Assembly (NCBI GenBank): GCA_951406725.2
Contig: OX597814.1
Location: forward strand, 197,222,001 to 197,286,000
Direction: 5' to 3'
DNA length: 64,000 nucleotides
Origin: Octopus vulgaris
Taxonomy: Eukaryota
The notes below the pieces were generated by a model. That model did not search any database and was not told the DNA's origin. It worked only from the letters and a program-made list of their open reading frames with translations. This document shows positions 42,013-55,620 of this stretch, one piece after another. Within the stretch, counting starts at the first letter, position 1. Each line of letters begins with the position of its first letter. The position numbers and the translations under genes were made by a program.

Positions 42013-42061
42013 TATATGCATACATTATATGTGTATAAATATGTATATATTACGTATTCAG

Positions 42062-42100
<39 letters not shown>
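41600..42100. repeat. Compound TA/TACA microsatellite
   Basis: Direct inspection. Confidence 0.95.
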
Positions 42101-42665
42101 TACACGTAGGCATATCTGTATATGTGTGTCAGTACATATGTATTTAGCTAGCTTGATAAACAGATAGAAGAACATAAGAGAAATATAAGAGGTTGCAAAA
42201 GACGACTATAAATATATTATAGTGGATCCTCATCTGTGTGTGTGTGTGTGCGCGCGCATCTTAGTCATTATGAAATGAAAATCAGGAACAAGGAAAGTAT
42301 GGCGAATCATGTCAGCAAATATATCTTGTCCCTTTTTCCACACAAATTATAATATTTTGTCTCTCATTCCAACCATAACAAATCTATTATTACTCTATTC
42401 GTAAACAGGTTTCTTTATAGCAATGTTGATGAAGAAATTGTACATAATTGCTGTTTCAACTATTTACTTCGCATAAATGAAAGAAAACTCTGACGACAGC
42501 AACATAAGAGCTTTCAATGTAACTCAAAATCTCGGCCTTTTGTTCGACTCTCTAAGACAGGAATGGGGAAACTTTTTAGAGTTTTGGTAAAACTTTCCAA
42601 GGAAAAGGTCAGCAGGCATATCACCACAAGTTCTAACGCTTCTATCTGTGTATATCTTGTATATA

Positions 42666-42979
42666 AAACGATAAACGTCGTCCTTTTCAAGCCTAGCCAG
42701 GCTCATGTGCCCGATTTCCCGGTTGCTATGGCGTATGTGTTCCCCTCAGCTGGACGGGACGCCAGTCCATCGCAGCGTTACTCAAGAAACAGGAAGAGAG
42801 AGTGAGAGGAAATTTGGGGCGAAGGAGTACAACAGGGATCGCCACCGCCCCTAGCCGGAGCCGCGTGGAGCTTTTTAAGGTGTTATCTCTCAATAAACAC
42901 GCCCGGTCTGGGAGTCGAAATAGCGATCCTCCGATCGCGAGTCCGCTGCCCTAACCACTGGGCCATTGCGCCACCACAA
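42666..42979 (-). mobile_element. tRNA-derived SINE family B, tail type 3
   Basis: Head gtgg.ggcgcaatggcccagtggttagggcagcggactcgcg; 14-bp TSD atatcttgtatata (42652-42665 / 42980-42993). Confidence 0.9.
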
Positions 42980-43011
42980 ATATCTTGTATATACTTAGGT
43001 ATAATTCGATA

Positions 43012-43400
43012 TCTGTACATATATAAACAGCAGTCCGTTTGGTTGTCTGTTTGCCGTCTACAACCGTTATCGAATCTTCGTGAAACTTTTATACATGTTA
43101 AACCGACATTCAGTTTGTTACTAGGTTTATTGTAGTTTAATATAAATCTATAACTGGACGGCTAAGGCCCCTTGAAGGGGTCCAGATATAACCCATCTAT
43201 TTTCCTTTAACAGCGGAGGGGAAATAACCCATTCATTTTTCTTTTATTTTTCTCTTTTGCCCACTGGTAATTTCTTCCTCCATTTATTAGAGAAGCAATA
43301 TCATTCGAGTGACCGCTTGTCAGTGGTTACGTTGTATACATTTAAGTGAGACCAAGGGATAAGCACCACCTTTCCGGGAATTACCGGGTACGCCAGCTAG
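43012..43400 (+). mobile_element. Non-autonomous Helitron, second family
   Basis: 5' TC(tgtacatatataaa), subterminal ccgggaattaccgg hairpin, 3' CTAG, A|T insertion site. Confidence 0.65.
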
Positions 43401-44034
43401 TACATTAATAAAGATAAGTTTAAGACATTAAATTAACGAGTAACATCTTTATTAACGCTGTCAAAGAATTTAGGACGTTTTTATTACTTATAAGGTATTC
43501 TATATTTTTCGGCTGGAGTGTAGTTGGGTCTCAAGGGATGGTACAACCCAAGCAATACGTGTTTTAAAGTGAAAACAAAATTTCCATTCAAATGGCAATT
43601 ACCGGACGATTGTCTGTTCGAGTCTAACCGTTTTAGTGGAAACGTAACCTATGTCGCAAATAGGCTTAGGAATATTGCATAAATTTTACAATTGCAAAAT
43701 TTACTATAATTTGTACATATGAGCATATCAGCCTGTGGGCTTAATAACATGGGCTCGCAGGTGCAGTTACGCCTGCGGGCGAGGGTTTTCCCGCTGCTGC
43801 TCGAAGATTTATTCCATTCCAACTCATTACCATCATCAATACACATGCCTACTAGCTCTCAGTCATGTGACAGTAATTTTAAGATCTTCGTAAATAGTAT
43901 GCCAAGAAATTAAACGTATATTCTATGGACGTTGCTAAATTTGAAATTCAAACTGCTAAATCTACCAGATATTATCTAGTTATGATTATCTCGCTTACAC
44001 TAACTGGTCACGGGGATACACCGTGTGAATCTAT

Positions 44035-44636
44035 ATTTATTTCTTTATTGCCCACAAGGGTCTAAACACAGAGAGGACAAACAAGGACTGACAAACGGAT
44101 TAAGTCGATTATATCGACCCCAGTCCGTAACTGGTACTCATTTAATCGACCCCGAAAGGATGAAAGACCAAGTCGACCTCGGCGTAATTTGAACGCGGAA
44201 CGTATAGATGGAAATGCCTATTTCTTTACTACCCACAAGGTGCTAAACACAGAGAGGAGACATACAAGGACAGACAAACGGATTAAGTCGATTATATCGA
44301 CCCCAGTGCGTAACTGGTACTTATTTAATCAACCCCGAAAGGATAAAAGGCAAAGTCGACCTCGGCGGAATTTGAACTCAGAACGTAACGGCAGACCAAA
44401 TACCTATTTCTTTAGTACCCACAAGGGGCTAAACACGGAGAGGACAAAAAAGGACAGACAAACGGATTAAGTTGATTACATCGACCCCAGTGCGTAACTG
44501 GTACTTAATTTATCGACCCCGAAATGATGAAAGGCGAAGTTGACCTCGGCGGAATTTGAACTCAGAACGTAAAGATAGACGAAATACTGCTAAGCACTTC
44601 GCGCGCCGTGCTAACGTTTCTGCCAGCTCGCCGCAC
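44035..44636 (-). mobile_element. Head-to-tail trimer of SINE family C
   Basis: Three ~183-bp units each starting tatttcttta..cccacaagg; only the last has the 5' head. Confidence 0.9.
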
Positions 44637-44946
44637 TCCTTGTGAATATATTGTATTAGTTCAAATCTGTGAAGTCCTAATTTCAAAACGGAGCCATGGT
44701 GACATTCATTTTCTTTTTAAAGGTTTCTACAAATAAATATCTAGAAGGCCAATGTAATGCATAAGGTAAGCAATCAGAGGAGAAGGATAATTTCAATTTT
44801 TGTAACTATAAAGGGGGATACACTAAACGACTGACCATAAACTAGTTTACACGTGGCAGGAACTGTTTAAGTTGAGAATAATCAAAGTAAAGTCGATGAT
44901 TAATGTAAAAGACAAACAAAAAACTAGAAAGAGAATAATAGATTTT

Positions 44947-45077
44947 ACAGTTCTATATTTAAGAGATGAAGAGTTATGTACATTATTTACATTTGACGGA
45001 TATTTGTCCTCATCTTCTTTGTTGTTAAGAGCTCGGGCTACTAAGCCCAAGATTCCGAGTTTGATTCCAGCCAGTGA

Positions 45078-45137
<60 letters not shown>

Positions 45138-45153
45138 TGATAAAATGATAAAG

Positions 45154-45205
<52 letters not shown>

Positions 45206-45227
45206 TGATAAAATGATAAAGATAATG

Positions 45228-45261
<34 letters not shown>

Positions 45262-45298
45262 TAAAATGATAAAGATAATAATAATGATAAAGATAATG

Positions 45299-45353
<55 letters not shown>

Positions 45354-45515
45354 TAAAATGATAAAGATAATAATAATGATACCTAAGGAATGTGAATCCA
45401 GGTTCGAAATTTCCCCAAGACACTTGATGAAGGCTGGTGGGTATATCAGCGGATACGTTGTGTTAAAAACAAACAAGGTGAGGACAAATATCCGTCAAAT
45501 ATAAATAATGCAAAT
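44947..45515 (+). mobile_element. tRNA-headed, (AAT)n-containing, hammerhead-bearing element with an inverted tail duplication
   Basis: Head gttaagagctcgggctactaa...gagtttgattcc; AAT array 45082-45378; hammerhead-like 45419-45464; 44979-45028 is the reverse complement of 45463-45512. Confidence 0.7.
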
Positions 45516-45928
45516 AAATAAAAGATTTGTATCATGTTTTGATGATAATCAGAGTTATGAGTGAAAGATGTCCATGTGTAAATAGAAGAGGTTTGTGTCA
45601 AGATGAAGGGGTGAGTTGACTCATCCATACGACATACTAAATTGAGTAAAATTGTGTTTATAGGTTATTACATTGGGAAGATTTACAAAGAAGAAATCGA
45701 TCTAAAATGCAAGATGAGATCGACTTCGTCAGTCGCTCTTGAAAGTCCAGGGTAATTATAAATGGTGGTGGTTGTGTTGTGGGAAAACGTTTAAAGGTAT
45801 CATTACAATAAAATGTCACTTACTATTGAGTTGTTTACGTTTAAAGGTGTGCCACTCGCTAGATCATAGATATTTTACGTGACATTTAATTTCAAATAAC
45901 GTAAAAGTATGTGCGTGCCTCTGACTCT

Positions 45929-45929
<1 letters not shown>

Positions 45930-46022
<93 letters not shown>
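45930..46022. repeat. (GT)n microsatellite
   Basis: Direct inspection. Confidence 0.97.
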
Positions 46023-46024
<2 letters not shown>

Positions 46025-48059
46025 TTGATACTGTGTTTGACTTGAGACTTTTATATAGGTGAATCACATTTCCGAACACGTGGCATACAATATTTTCGTG
46101 GAGATACCGACTGGCTACATAAAAAAAAGCGCCATGTTGATCGGAATGATACGTGAGACAGGAGGCTGAGAGAAGAGTTAGAACGTGTTGGCAGTATATA
46201 GTACAGAAGACTGATGTTTTATTGATAATTATAGTATCTTAGATGAAATATGAAGCTAACATTGAAGCTAAGATATAGCTTTCTATCACGACCAGAACCC
46301 CTTTGATATAGCATTCAGCATGATTATATCATACGATACGTATATCTGCGTGCGATCTGATAAAAGATATATATTACATAAATGTTGTGATGAATGGTAT
46401 ATCAGACATGTCAAATCTATGCAAGAAAATAGATAAACGGTCAATTGCCTACTGTCTGGATATAGAACTTTCTAGAAATGATTATGCATAAAGTCGTGAT
46501 TATTAAATTACCAATACTAGTCGAGACAAATGAAAATAAATTGATTGAAAGACAATCACTGTTAAGATAGGTTAACGGGATCAGACAATCACACATCTCA
46601 CAAAAGAAATGATACAGTTTTCAGATTTTTAATACGATAGACTTGACGTCTACATCGTCAAAGGAAAAAAAAAATAGGAAAATATGGCGGTTATTGATAT
46701 GGAATATTTCAAGCAGGAAAAGTCAGCGTGAAAAACCTGAGTGATATCAAATGCTGGAATTCAAATACATGAAAGGAAGAAGGAAAGGTTGTGTCAAAGG
46801 AGTTTAGTATGTGTATTCATGTATAGAACAGAGTATTGCATGAAAGTGAAACGCTGATAAGCAATGCTATTTACGTAGTTGTCCGAAAACTGAAAGAAAA
46901 TATAACGATTAACTGACGCTTTTATATTTCTGGACTTGGAAAACTGACTTGGTGTAAAATTGTAGTGAAATTCTGTAATATCAGCAATGTCAGAATTAAC
47001 CAAAAAAAAAAAAAAAAAAATGAAGAATGTGATATAATGAATACCCGAATAATATAACTCACAGGTATTAAATGTCTTACACATGATTAGCACTCACATA
47101 ATATACTGACAAAAAATAAGGCATGCGTACAAATGAGGCGTTTATGTAGCAAAACAAAATAGAGAGGAATGAACTTTGCAATGATGACTAAATGAAATAA
47201 TCTTTGAAAGTACAATATATATTGATAATGAATGTATTACACGTTATTCTTCACACGTTATATATATATATATATAGGTTAAATAACACATACGTATAAG
47301 ATGGGACTGATATACGCTAGGAAAGGATAAAATATAAACAAGATTCATGCAAACATAGAGATATTTCTTTGCCAAACCCTCAAACCAAAAGAGAAAAACC
47401 ATATATTACTTACAACTAATGAAAGGTGATAGAATTAAGCTCATATAGCAAAACAGAGAAGAGGGATCAAACATAAAAAGGATGTGAGATAACTAAAATG
47501 TTTAGGTATTTAATGTAGATATGTGAATAAGCAAAAATAAACGATCACGTAGATCTTATCAGCAGAATAAGACGCTTGGAAACATGTCAACTCCTTCCCA
47601 TATAAAAAGAAAAAGGAATGTAATTGCATCGAATACCAAATGAATTTATTGATATTTAGATAAAAGTGCATAACCCTTAAAGACAGAAACACAAACAATA
47701 TTTTAAGACGAGGAGATACTAGAAAAGAATAATTCCACAGAATAGTCAAACTAATATTAAAACTGAACTATATATTTGATAAAAGTTAATAAGCATAAAT
47801 ACGCTGATCCTAATTACGAAATAGAGCTGCAGGGTAATAAATTGAATATCAAGTGAATCGAAGACACCATAGAGGTAATCCGGTATTAAACCAGAATCTC
47901 AAAGCTGATATAAATACAATATACCTACCCTCACACAGAGAAGCTGATGTTTGCACTATCCCCGCATCTATTACCCGTATCAAGACTCATTGAGAAGAGG
48001 CATCCGAAGAAAGTCAAACAATACAGTTCTCTGAAACTGACAATAATCCTTTCAAAATT

Positions 48060-48175
48060 TAGCAGAACCCCAGTAACTTCAACTGGTACTTGATTTTTCG
48101 ATCCCGAAAGGATGAAAGGCAAACTCGACGTCTGCGGAATTTGAACTCAGAACGTAAAGAAGAACAAAGTGCCCC

Positions 48176-48217
<42 letters not shown>

Positions 48218-48650
48218 TGATTACATGTAGTAACTCGCTGTCCTAATGATTCCTACCAGGAATAAGACCAAACCTGAGCCGAACCAAACTAATCCTATTT
48301 CAATTTGGCTCAAGGTCAACAAATTTTAGGCGTTGGGATGTCGATTTAGGTCGGCGCCAGGTAATTATTTTATCGACTCGGAAATGATGAAAGGCAAAGT
48401 CGCATGCGGCAGAATTTTGAACTCAGAACATCGGAGGAATGCTACCAAGCAATTTGCCCGACGCACTAAACTTCTACGAGTTTGCTGCATTTAAATAATA
48501 TTACATTTTGGCACAAGGCCATCAGTCTTTGGCGGGATGAGTAATTCGATACCATCAACACGAGTACTTGACTCGTACTTTATCTTGTCAATCCCCAAAT
48601 GATGCAAGATTAATCTGACTTCGACGGGATTTGCACCTTGAACATAAAGA
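48060..48650 (-). mobile_element. Three diverged family C SINE pieces with an (AAT)n tract
   Basis: cccgaaaggatgaaaggcaaa and ggaatttgaactcagaac motifs. Confidence 0.75.
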
Positions 48651-49705
48651 ACTGAAAAAGTTTTCTTTTTTCTCCCTGCGACAATCTCGTCAATGCTCCG
48701 CCCTTCCTTCAGGAATAATAAAGAAAAGAGACGGAAATACAAAAATCGATAATTATTGATCTCCTGCCAAAGCTATACACAAACAAGCAGGTTCTGCCAA
48801 AGAATAAATAAATGCATCAGAGCCCTGGAAGAAATTCTGTCCATTATCCGAACGGTCTGATCTGTTCTTTAATGTTTATAGCGTTAAAAGAGAGCGGTTT
48901 TTATATTAATTGAATGAGGTCGCTTCAAGCATAAAAAAGAAAATGGAAAGAAAATATACAGCATAAAGAAAATTTTATGGTGTTAACCCTAGTGAAATGA
49001 GGACAAATGAACTCAATAACTGTGATGTATAATATAAATATTTAGCAAGCATATCGCAAAGACCGTCTGGAAGTAAAGATAGAAAGGTTAAACAATTTTT
49101 AAGGACAAAGGTATGCGGGTTAAGATTCTTTGAGAAACATAATTGTTCTGTCGCTGAAAATATAGTTGTTGAATCAAATGCCAAAAGATGTCTCAAAGAT
49201 GTAGCTTAAATCTGCTAAGACGAGAGAAAAGTAAGTATAATGTTACTGCCAGTATTTGTCCACTTTTATGGAAATTATGAATACGTTATGCATACATTAT
49301 AAACAAGTACCCGCTAAAGTAATTGGAACTGGCAAATTTCTCAAAAATTGCTGATTCAAAACTTGTATAGTTATTGGATTGGAAAAAAATTATTTGTTCC
49401 TTAAAACAAAATCACCAGATCAGGCACAGCAAAACTATGGACCTTTAAGATATTTTTCAAAACTATACCAAGACTCTACAACAAAGCTGATTATTATCTG
49501 GAAAGCAGTAACATAAAAGAAGCGTACAAACACGCTGTAATGTGTAGCTGCAATTAAATCATGTGAAAAAACGGAAAATAAATATTTGGTTCCCGAAAAT
49601 CTTTTGGATATTACAGATACTCGACACATATAAAGTGGCTCTAGTACACACGCTTTGTCTTTCTATCATTACATGTCAACATACAAAATAAATATATTTA
49701 TAGGG

Positions 49706-49878
49706 TAGGCGCAGGATTGGCTGTGTGGTAAGTAGCTTGCTTACCAACCACATGGTTCCGGGTTCCGCTCCTCTGGATGGCACCTTGAGCAAGTGTCTTC
49801 TACTAGAGCCTTGGGCCGACCAAAGCCTTGTGAGGAGATTTGGTAGACGGAAACTGAAAGAAGCCCGTAATATATATG

Positions 49879-49929
<51 letters not shown>

Positions 49930-50134
49930 GTGTCTGTGTTTGTCCTCCCGACATTGATTAACAACCGATGTTGGTTTGTTTACGTCCCCATCACTTAGCG
50001 GTTCGGCAAGACAGATCGATAGAATAAGTACTAAGCTTACAAAGAATAAATCATAGGGTCGATTTCCTCGACTAAAGGCGGTGCTCCAGCATGGCGGCAG
50101 TCAAATGACAGAAACAAATAAGAGTAAAAGAGTA
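49706..50134 (+). mobile_element. SINE family A, full length
   Basis: aggcgcaggattggctgtgtggtaag through gagtaaaagagta. Confidence 0.92.
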
Positions 50135-50308
50135 TAAGGCTAAGAGGGGGTAAATGAGGAGTCCTTCAGAGAAGCCTTTTATCCCTACTCCTCTTTATAT
50201 GGCCCTTAATAACATATCTACTGAATAAAACAACTAATGGTAGAAAATGCTATCGACCAATAAGGTGACGGGAAAGTATTGGCTTTCAGACTAAACTATT
50301 TGACCTAT

Positions 50309-50531
50309 ATATTTCTTTACTACCCACAAGGGGCTAAACACAGAGAGGACAAACAAACGGATTAAGTCCATTATATCGACTCCAGTGCGTAACTGGTACT
50401 TATTTAATCGACCCCGAAAGGATGAAAGGTAAAGTCGACCTCGGCGAAATTTGAACTCACAACGTAGCGGCAGACGAAATACTGCTACACATTTCGCCCG
50501 GCGTGCTAACGTCTCTGCCAGCTCGCCGCCG
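50309..50531 (-). mobile_element. SINE family C, full length
   Basis: Consensus match; TSD tttgacctat (50299-50308 / 50533-50542). Confidence 0.9.
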
Positions 50532-51110
50532 TTTTGACCTATTTCACCTATAATCTATTTGACCTATAATCTACTTTTCAACTTCCGAAGTGTGAAATCA
50601 AAACTGACTTGGGCAGTATTTCAAATCAGAAGTGCAACAAATGCAAGAATGCATTTTATCTGACGCTCTACTGACTTAGTTTATCCAATTAGCAGATTAG
50701 CTCTACAGAAAGAGCTACATTGGCGAAAATAGCGCTACAAATATTTGTAGTGTTCATGACATCTCACGCAATATGCTGACCGCGTAACATTATAGTGAAC
50801 GTCAAACACTTTTACTTACGTGTGTGTGTTTTGCCAAATGTGTCAGGCTCTTCCTAGAACACAGGATACTCTTTATCTAACTCTAAGCTCATGAATGTAC
50901 GCCGTGAAATAATAATAAAATTAGCGGTAAAATACATATGTTATATATATATATATATATTAAATATATATATATATATTAAATATATATATATATATAT
51001 ATTAAATATATATATATATATGTTAAATATATATTTGTATATCTACACATATAGACACATATATATACATGCATATATACATATATACATTCATATATAC
51101 ATGTATATAT

Positions 51111-51423
51111 CACCGTGATCACCGTGACCGATCAGGCTATCTGATGTTGCTACACATCGCTGGTCACAATGCGCTTTGCATTGTTTTAGCCTTCAAATGA
51201 CGCCACCCCGCTGGCTAAGCGAGCAGGCCAACAGAAGAAAGAGTGAGAGAAAGTTGTGGCGATAGAATACAGCAGAGATCGCCACCACCACCCCTGCTGG
51301 AGCTTCGTGGAGCTTTTGGTGTTTTCGCTCAATAAACACTCACAACACCCGGACTGGGAATCGAAACCGTGATCCTACGACCACGAGGCCGCTGCCCTAA
51401 CCACTGGGCCACTGAGCCCCCAC
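51111..51423 (-). mobile_element. SINE family B, tail type 2
   Basis: Same head and body as 57124-57510 but an unrelated tail ending in cacggtgatcacggtg; TSD acatgtatatat. Confidence 0.9.
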
Positions 51424-51654
51424 ACATGTATATATATATATATATACTAAATATATATTTGTATATATACACATATAGGCATATATATATATATATACAC
51501 ACATATATACATTCATATATACATGTATATATATGTATATGTATATATATATTTGTATGCATACACATATATATATATATATATTAAATATATATTTGTA
51601 TACATATACATATCTTTATTCATATATACATGTATATATATATATACATATATA

Positions 51655-51758
<104 letters not shown>

Positions 51759-51759
51759 A

Positions 51760-51965
51760 CGGGAAGCTTTATGAAAATAAACAAAAGACGAAGGCAGGTG
51801 GAAAACAAACGAACAATTGTATTAGTATGGCGCTCAGGAAATATAAATAAAACAAGTCTTTAACGTTTCGAGCCTACGCTCTTCAACAGAAAGATACACA
51901 GAGAGAGAAAAACACAGAAAGAAGGAGAGAAAAAAATGCGTGCAGTAGCTAACGAATCAACATGG
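51760..51965 (-). mobile_element. Family D repeat with a minimal hammerhead-like motif at 51857-51894
   Basis: Minus strand tcttt-CTGTTGA-a-gagc-gtag-gctc-GAAA-cg-TT-aaaga; inside (TA)n. Confidence 0.7.
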
Positions 51966-51967
51966 CG

Positions 51968-51998
<31 letters not shown>

Positions 51999-52587
51999 CA
52001 CACACATATATATATATATATACATATGTTTGTGTGCGTATGTGTGTGAGTGCTGTGTATATAGACGTAAGCCTCATTTAATCTCTCCCAGATTCTTTCT
52101 TTCTTAATAAAAAAAAATTATAAATCAATTTAGAATAAATTCCGATATTTAGCCATTTATTTATTATAAAAGATTAAATTGTCTCCCACGGTTTTCACGA
52201 ATTTAGAACAGTTAGGTGATGACAAGCACCATGTGGAGTCATTTCTATTAATCCCCGTGATTTCCTCCGCTTCTGCTTGTTGTCAGATCTTCTCTTTGTT
52301 TACTTTTCTTTTCCATTTCTTAAGATAACAGACAATGTCTGCAGTTTATTTTATTAAATCTTCTGAAAACTATATTCCCACATAGATCAACCCTGAAGCA
52401 GAAGAAAACTAATAAACACAAACCGTGATATCTCTGTTTTCGTTCTAGGTGTGTATTCGGAAAATAACGGTTTTATGTCTTACTTTAAACGGTTTCATGA
52501 TGCACCCAGTACGTGATCAGGTTTTTGCAAAATTGCCGACATAATTCTTGGTGAGCTTGTCATAAATTTAGAAATATAAAAAAAAGT

Positions 52588-52988
52588 GTCTCTGTGGTAA
52601 GTAGCTTGCTAACCAACCACATGGTTCCGGGTTCAGTCCCACTGCGTGGCATCTTGGGCAAGTGTCTTCTGCTATAGTCCCGGGCCGACCAATGCCATGT
52701 GAGTGGATTTGGTAGACGGAAACTGAAAGAAGCCTGTCGTATATATGTATATATATATATATGTTTGTGTGTCTGTGTTTGTTCTCCTAGCATTGCTTGA
52801 CAACCGATGCTGGTGTGTTTACGTCCCCGTCACTTAGCGGTTCGGCAAAAAGAGACCGATAGAATAAGTACTGGGCTTACAAAAAGAATAAGACCCGGGA
52901 TCGAGTTACTCGACTAAAGGCGGTGCTCCAGCATGGCCGCAGTCAAAAATGACAGAAACAAGTAAAAGAGAAAGAGTAAAAGAGTAAA
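52588..52988 (+). mobile_element. SINE family A, near full length
   Basis: Consensus match. Confidence 0.92.
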
Positions 52989-53635
52989 AAATACTTGCAT
53001 AATTATATGATTATACATCAAAGCACATTCAATGGTGATAGACCCTTTTCGTATGTACCTATGAATATGTGTTTTCGTTTGTATTTCTTAATGTTTATGT
53101 ATGTACGAGTGTGTGAGCCTGTGTACAAGAAACGTAACTGCATGGCTAAAGTATTCGACATGGGTTCGTCTCCCTAAATGTCAACTCTACCTATAATGCT
53201 TGCCTGAAATGCTAGAGACAATAGCCAAGCTTCTTTTAATTCACATGAGCATATAATATCTTTATGCATAATCATTTCTAGAAAGAGCATATTAAATCAG
53301 TTAATCCCAGATAATCCTTAAGTCATGCCTAAAATGGCGTTATGATTGCTGGTGAAACAGATTTGAATATAGAGTTGCTAAGACAGATGACTTAAAAAAA
53401 TAACATCAACAACGATAACAACAAGAATATCAACGATAGGAAAACAATAGCAATGACGACAACAACAAAGATAGCAATAACAGCTACTACCACAGCAACA
53501 ACAAAAATAGAACAGCAGCTACAACAACAATTGAAGCAGAAGCAACAAGAAGAAGAAGAAGGAACCTTCTGATGTGTCTATGGTCAGAAGGTTTAATTCT
53601 AGAGGATATTTCAGTATGAATTTCCCTACGGATTT

Positions 53636-53834
53636 CTCTTTTACTCTCTTTTACTTGTTTCAGTCATTTGGCTGCGGCCATGCTGGAACACCGCCTTTAG
53701 TCGAGCAAATCGCCCCCCTAGACTTATTCTTTGTAAGCCTAGTACTTATTCTATCGGTCTCTTTTTGCCGAACCGCTAAGTTACGGAGACGTAAACACAC
53801 CACTAATTTTGGGGGGACAAACACAGACACGCAA

Positions 53835-53895
<61 letters not shown>

Positions 53896-54055
53896 CGACG
53901 GGCTTCTTTCAGTTTCCGTTTACCAAATCCACTCACAAAGCTTTGGTCGGCCTGAGGCTATAGTAAAAGACACTTGCCCAAGGTGTCACGCAGTGGGAAT
54001 GAACCCGGACTCAGGTGGTTGGTAAGCAAGGTACTTACCACACAGCCACTCCTGC
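53636..54055 (-). mobile_element. SINE family A, near full length
   Basis: Consensus match; inverted relative to 52588-52988. Confidence 0.92.
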
Positions 54056-55404
54056 TGTTTGTTTGTTTTTTTAGAATCAAAGCACTTGTTCTTATAGAGA
54101 AGAACGAAGAGTGATTCGTAAATAGAGAGAGCAGACAAACACATATAAGAGAAATAATAAAACGACCCCCCCCCACCAAAAAAAAAAAAAATTAAATTAA
54201 GCCAAGCAATTTCCCAAATGTTGGGAGACCTCCAGTAGCAAAGGATTAAAACCCTACAAAACGCCTTCTCTCAGTTGTTGTTTCCAATCCAGAAGAGTAT
54301 GTTCCGAGCTCGCTCGTACACTCGGACTGAGCTCGTGATTTTCATCCACATCTAAACAAGTTTATTGGGAATCAACATTTCTTCTCTCTACAGCTTCATT
54401 GTCTCTTTTCATTTAGAGAAGAAGAAGAAGAAGAAGAAGAAGAAGAGGAAGAACGGGGTTGCGGGGATTTGGGTGGTGTTACTGCAGTGTTGTTATTATA
54501 TTGTCACTTATTATTGAACTAACAATTTATTTCATCTCCACAGACAACATTCTTGGTATGGCTGAATAATATTTTGAAAGGAATCTCTAATATATAACAT
54601 CTTTGAACGTATCTCATTTGAAAAGAGAGAGAGAGTTATTGTTGTTGTCGTTGTTATAATCACTATCATTATTATCATTTTTATTACTATTATTATTAAG
54701 ACTACTTTTCTTTGCCGTTGCTGCTTCAGTGGTTTCCATTGACCGAACAGAACCTAAGAGGAAAATGTCCATAAAAGACAGCTATTGCTCCAGCTAACCT
54801 TCAAATAATGTTCTATTCTCTTTAACGGAGAAACTGCAGTATATTTTCTCCGTTGAAGAAGAAAAAAAAAACGAAAGAAAATAGACTTGATTATCTTTTT
54901 TCTTTTCTCTTTTTCACTAACCGTGAGTTTTGTTGTTGCAACGACTGATCCAGTGTGAGATTTATAAAATATTTCATTAAAAAAAAAACGAAAATTTATG
55001 CCAGTTACTCAGTAGCTACGCTGCAATAAATATTTAGGACATAAAACTTAACTTCATATTTATAAAGTTACAGAAACTAGAATTTAAAAAAATAATCTCT
55101 TTTTCTTGGCGCTCATATTTCGCCACAGAAAGAGCTGAAATATAATTAGAAACCGATACGAAGGTTCAAGCTTATAAAGACCGTTCCTCCTCAAAATATG
55201 TTAGTTATCACAGATTTGTTTTAACAGTCCAATTATTTCTATGACTTGGCATTCCAGCGTTGGATGACTCAAACTGCAGTACATCGTTGCACATGTTTTA
55301 TTGGTGTGCATCGATGATGCAGTTGCAAAAATGCTGCAGAAAGCGTAAGGGGTCATTGTTAGATTCCCAATGGATGCAAGCTTGCCTTTTATGAAACCAC
55401 CAGG

Positions 55405-55620
55405 CCTAATGGGTATGTTTCTTCGGTTCATGGCCACAGAACCATGGGTTCGATTCTTAGACATTGCAGTGAGCTGTGTCCTTAAACAATGTATTTCATT
55501 TCGGGTTGCTCCAAGGCGACCCGGGTCAAAATAAGTACCAACATGATTCTGGTGTAACCATCACTCCTTTCAGTTGTCCCATCTTGGATATTCTACTCTG
55601 ACGAGATGAAGGGGACTGGG
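55405..55620 (+). mobile_element. Old tRNA-derived SINE
   Basis: B-box gggttcgattc followed by the tgtgtcctt...atttc..gttgctcca body. Confidence 0.55.
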
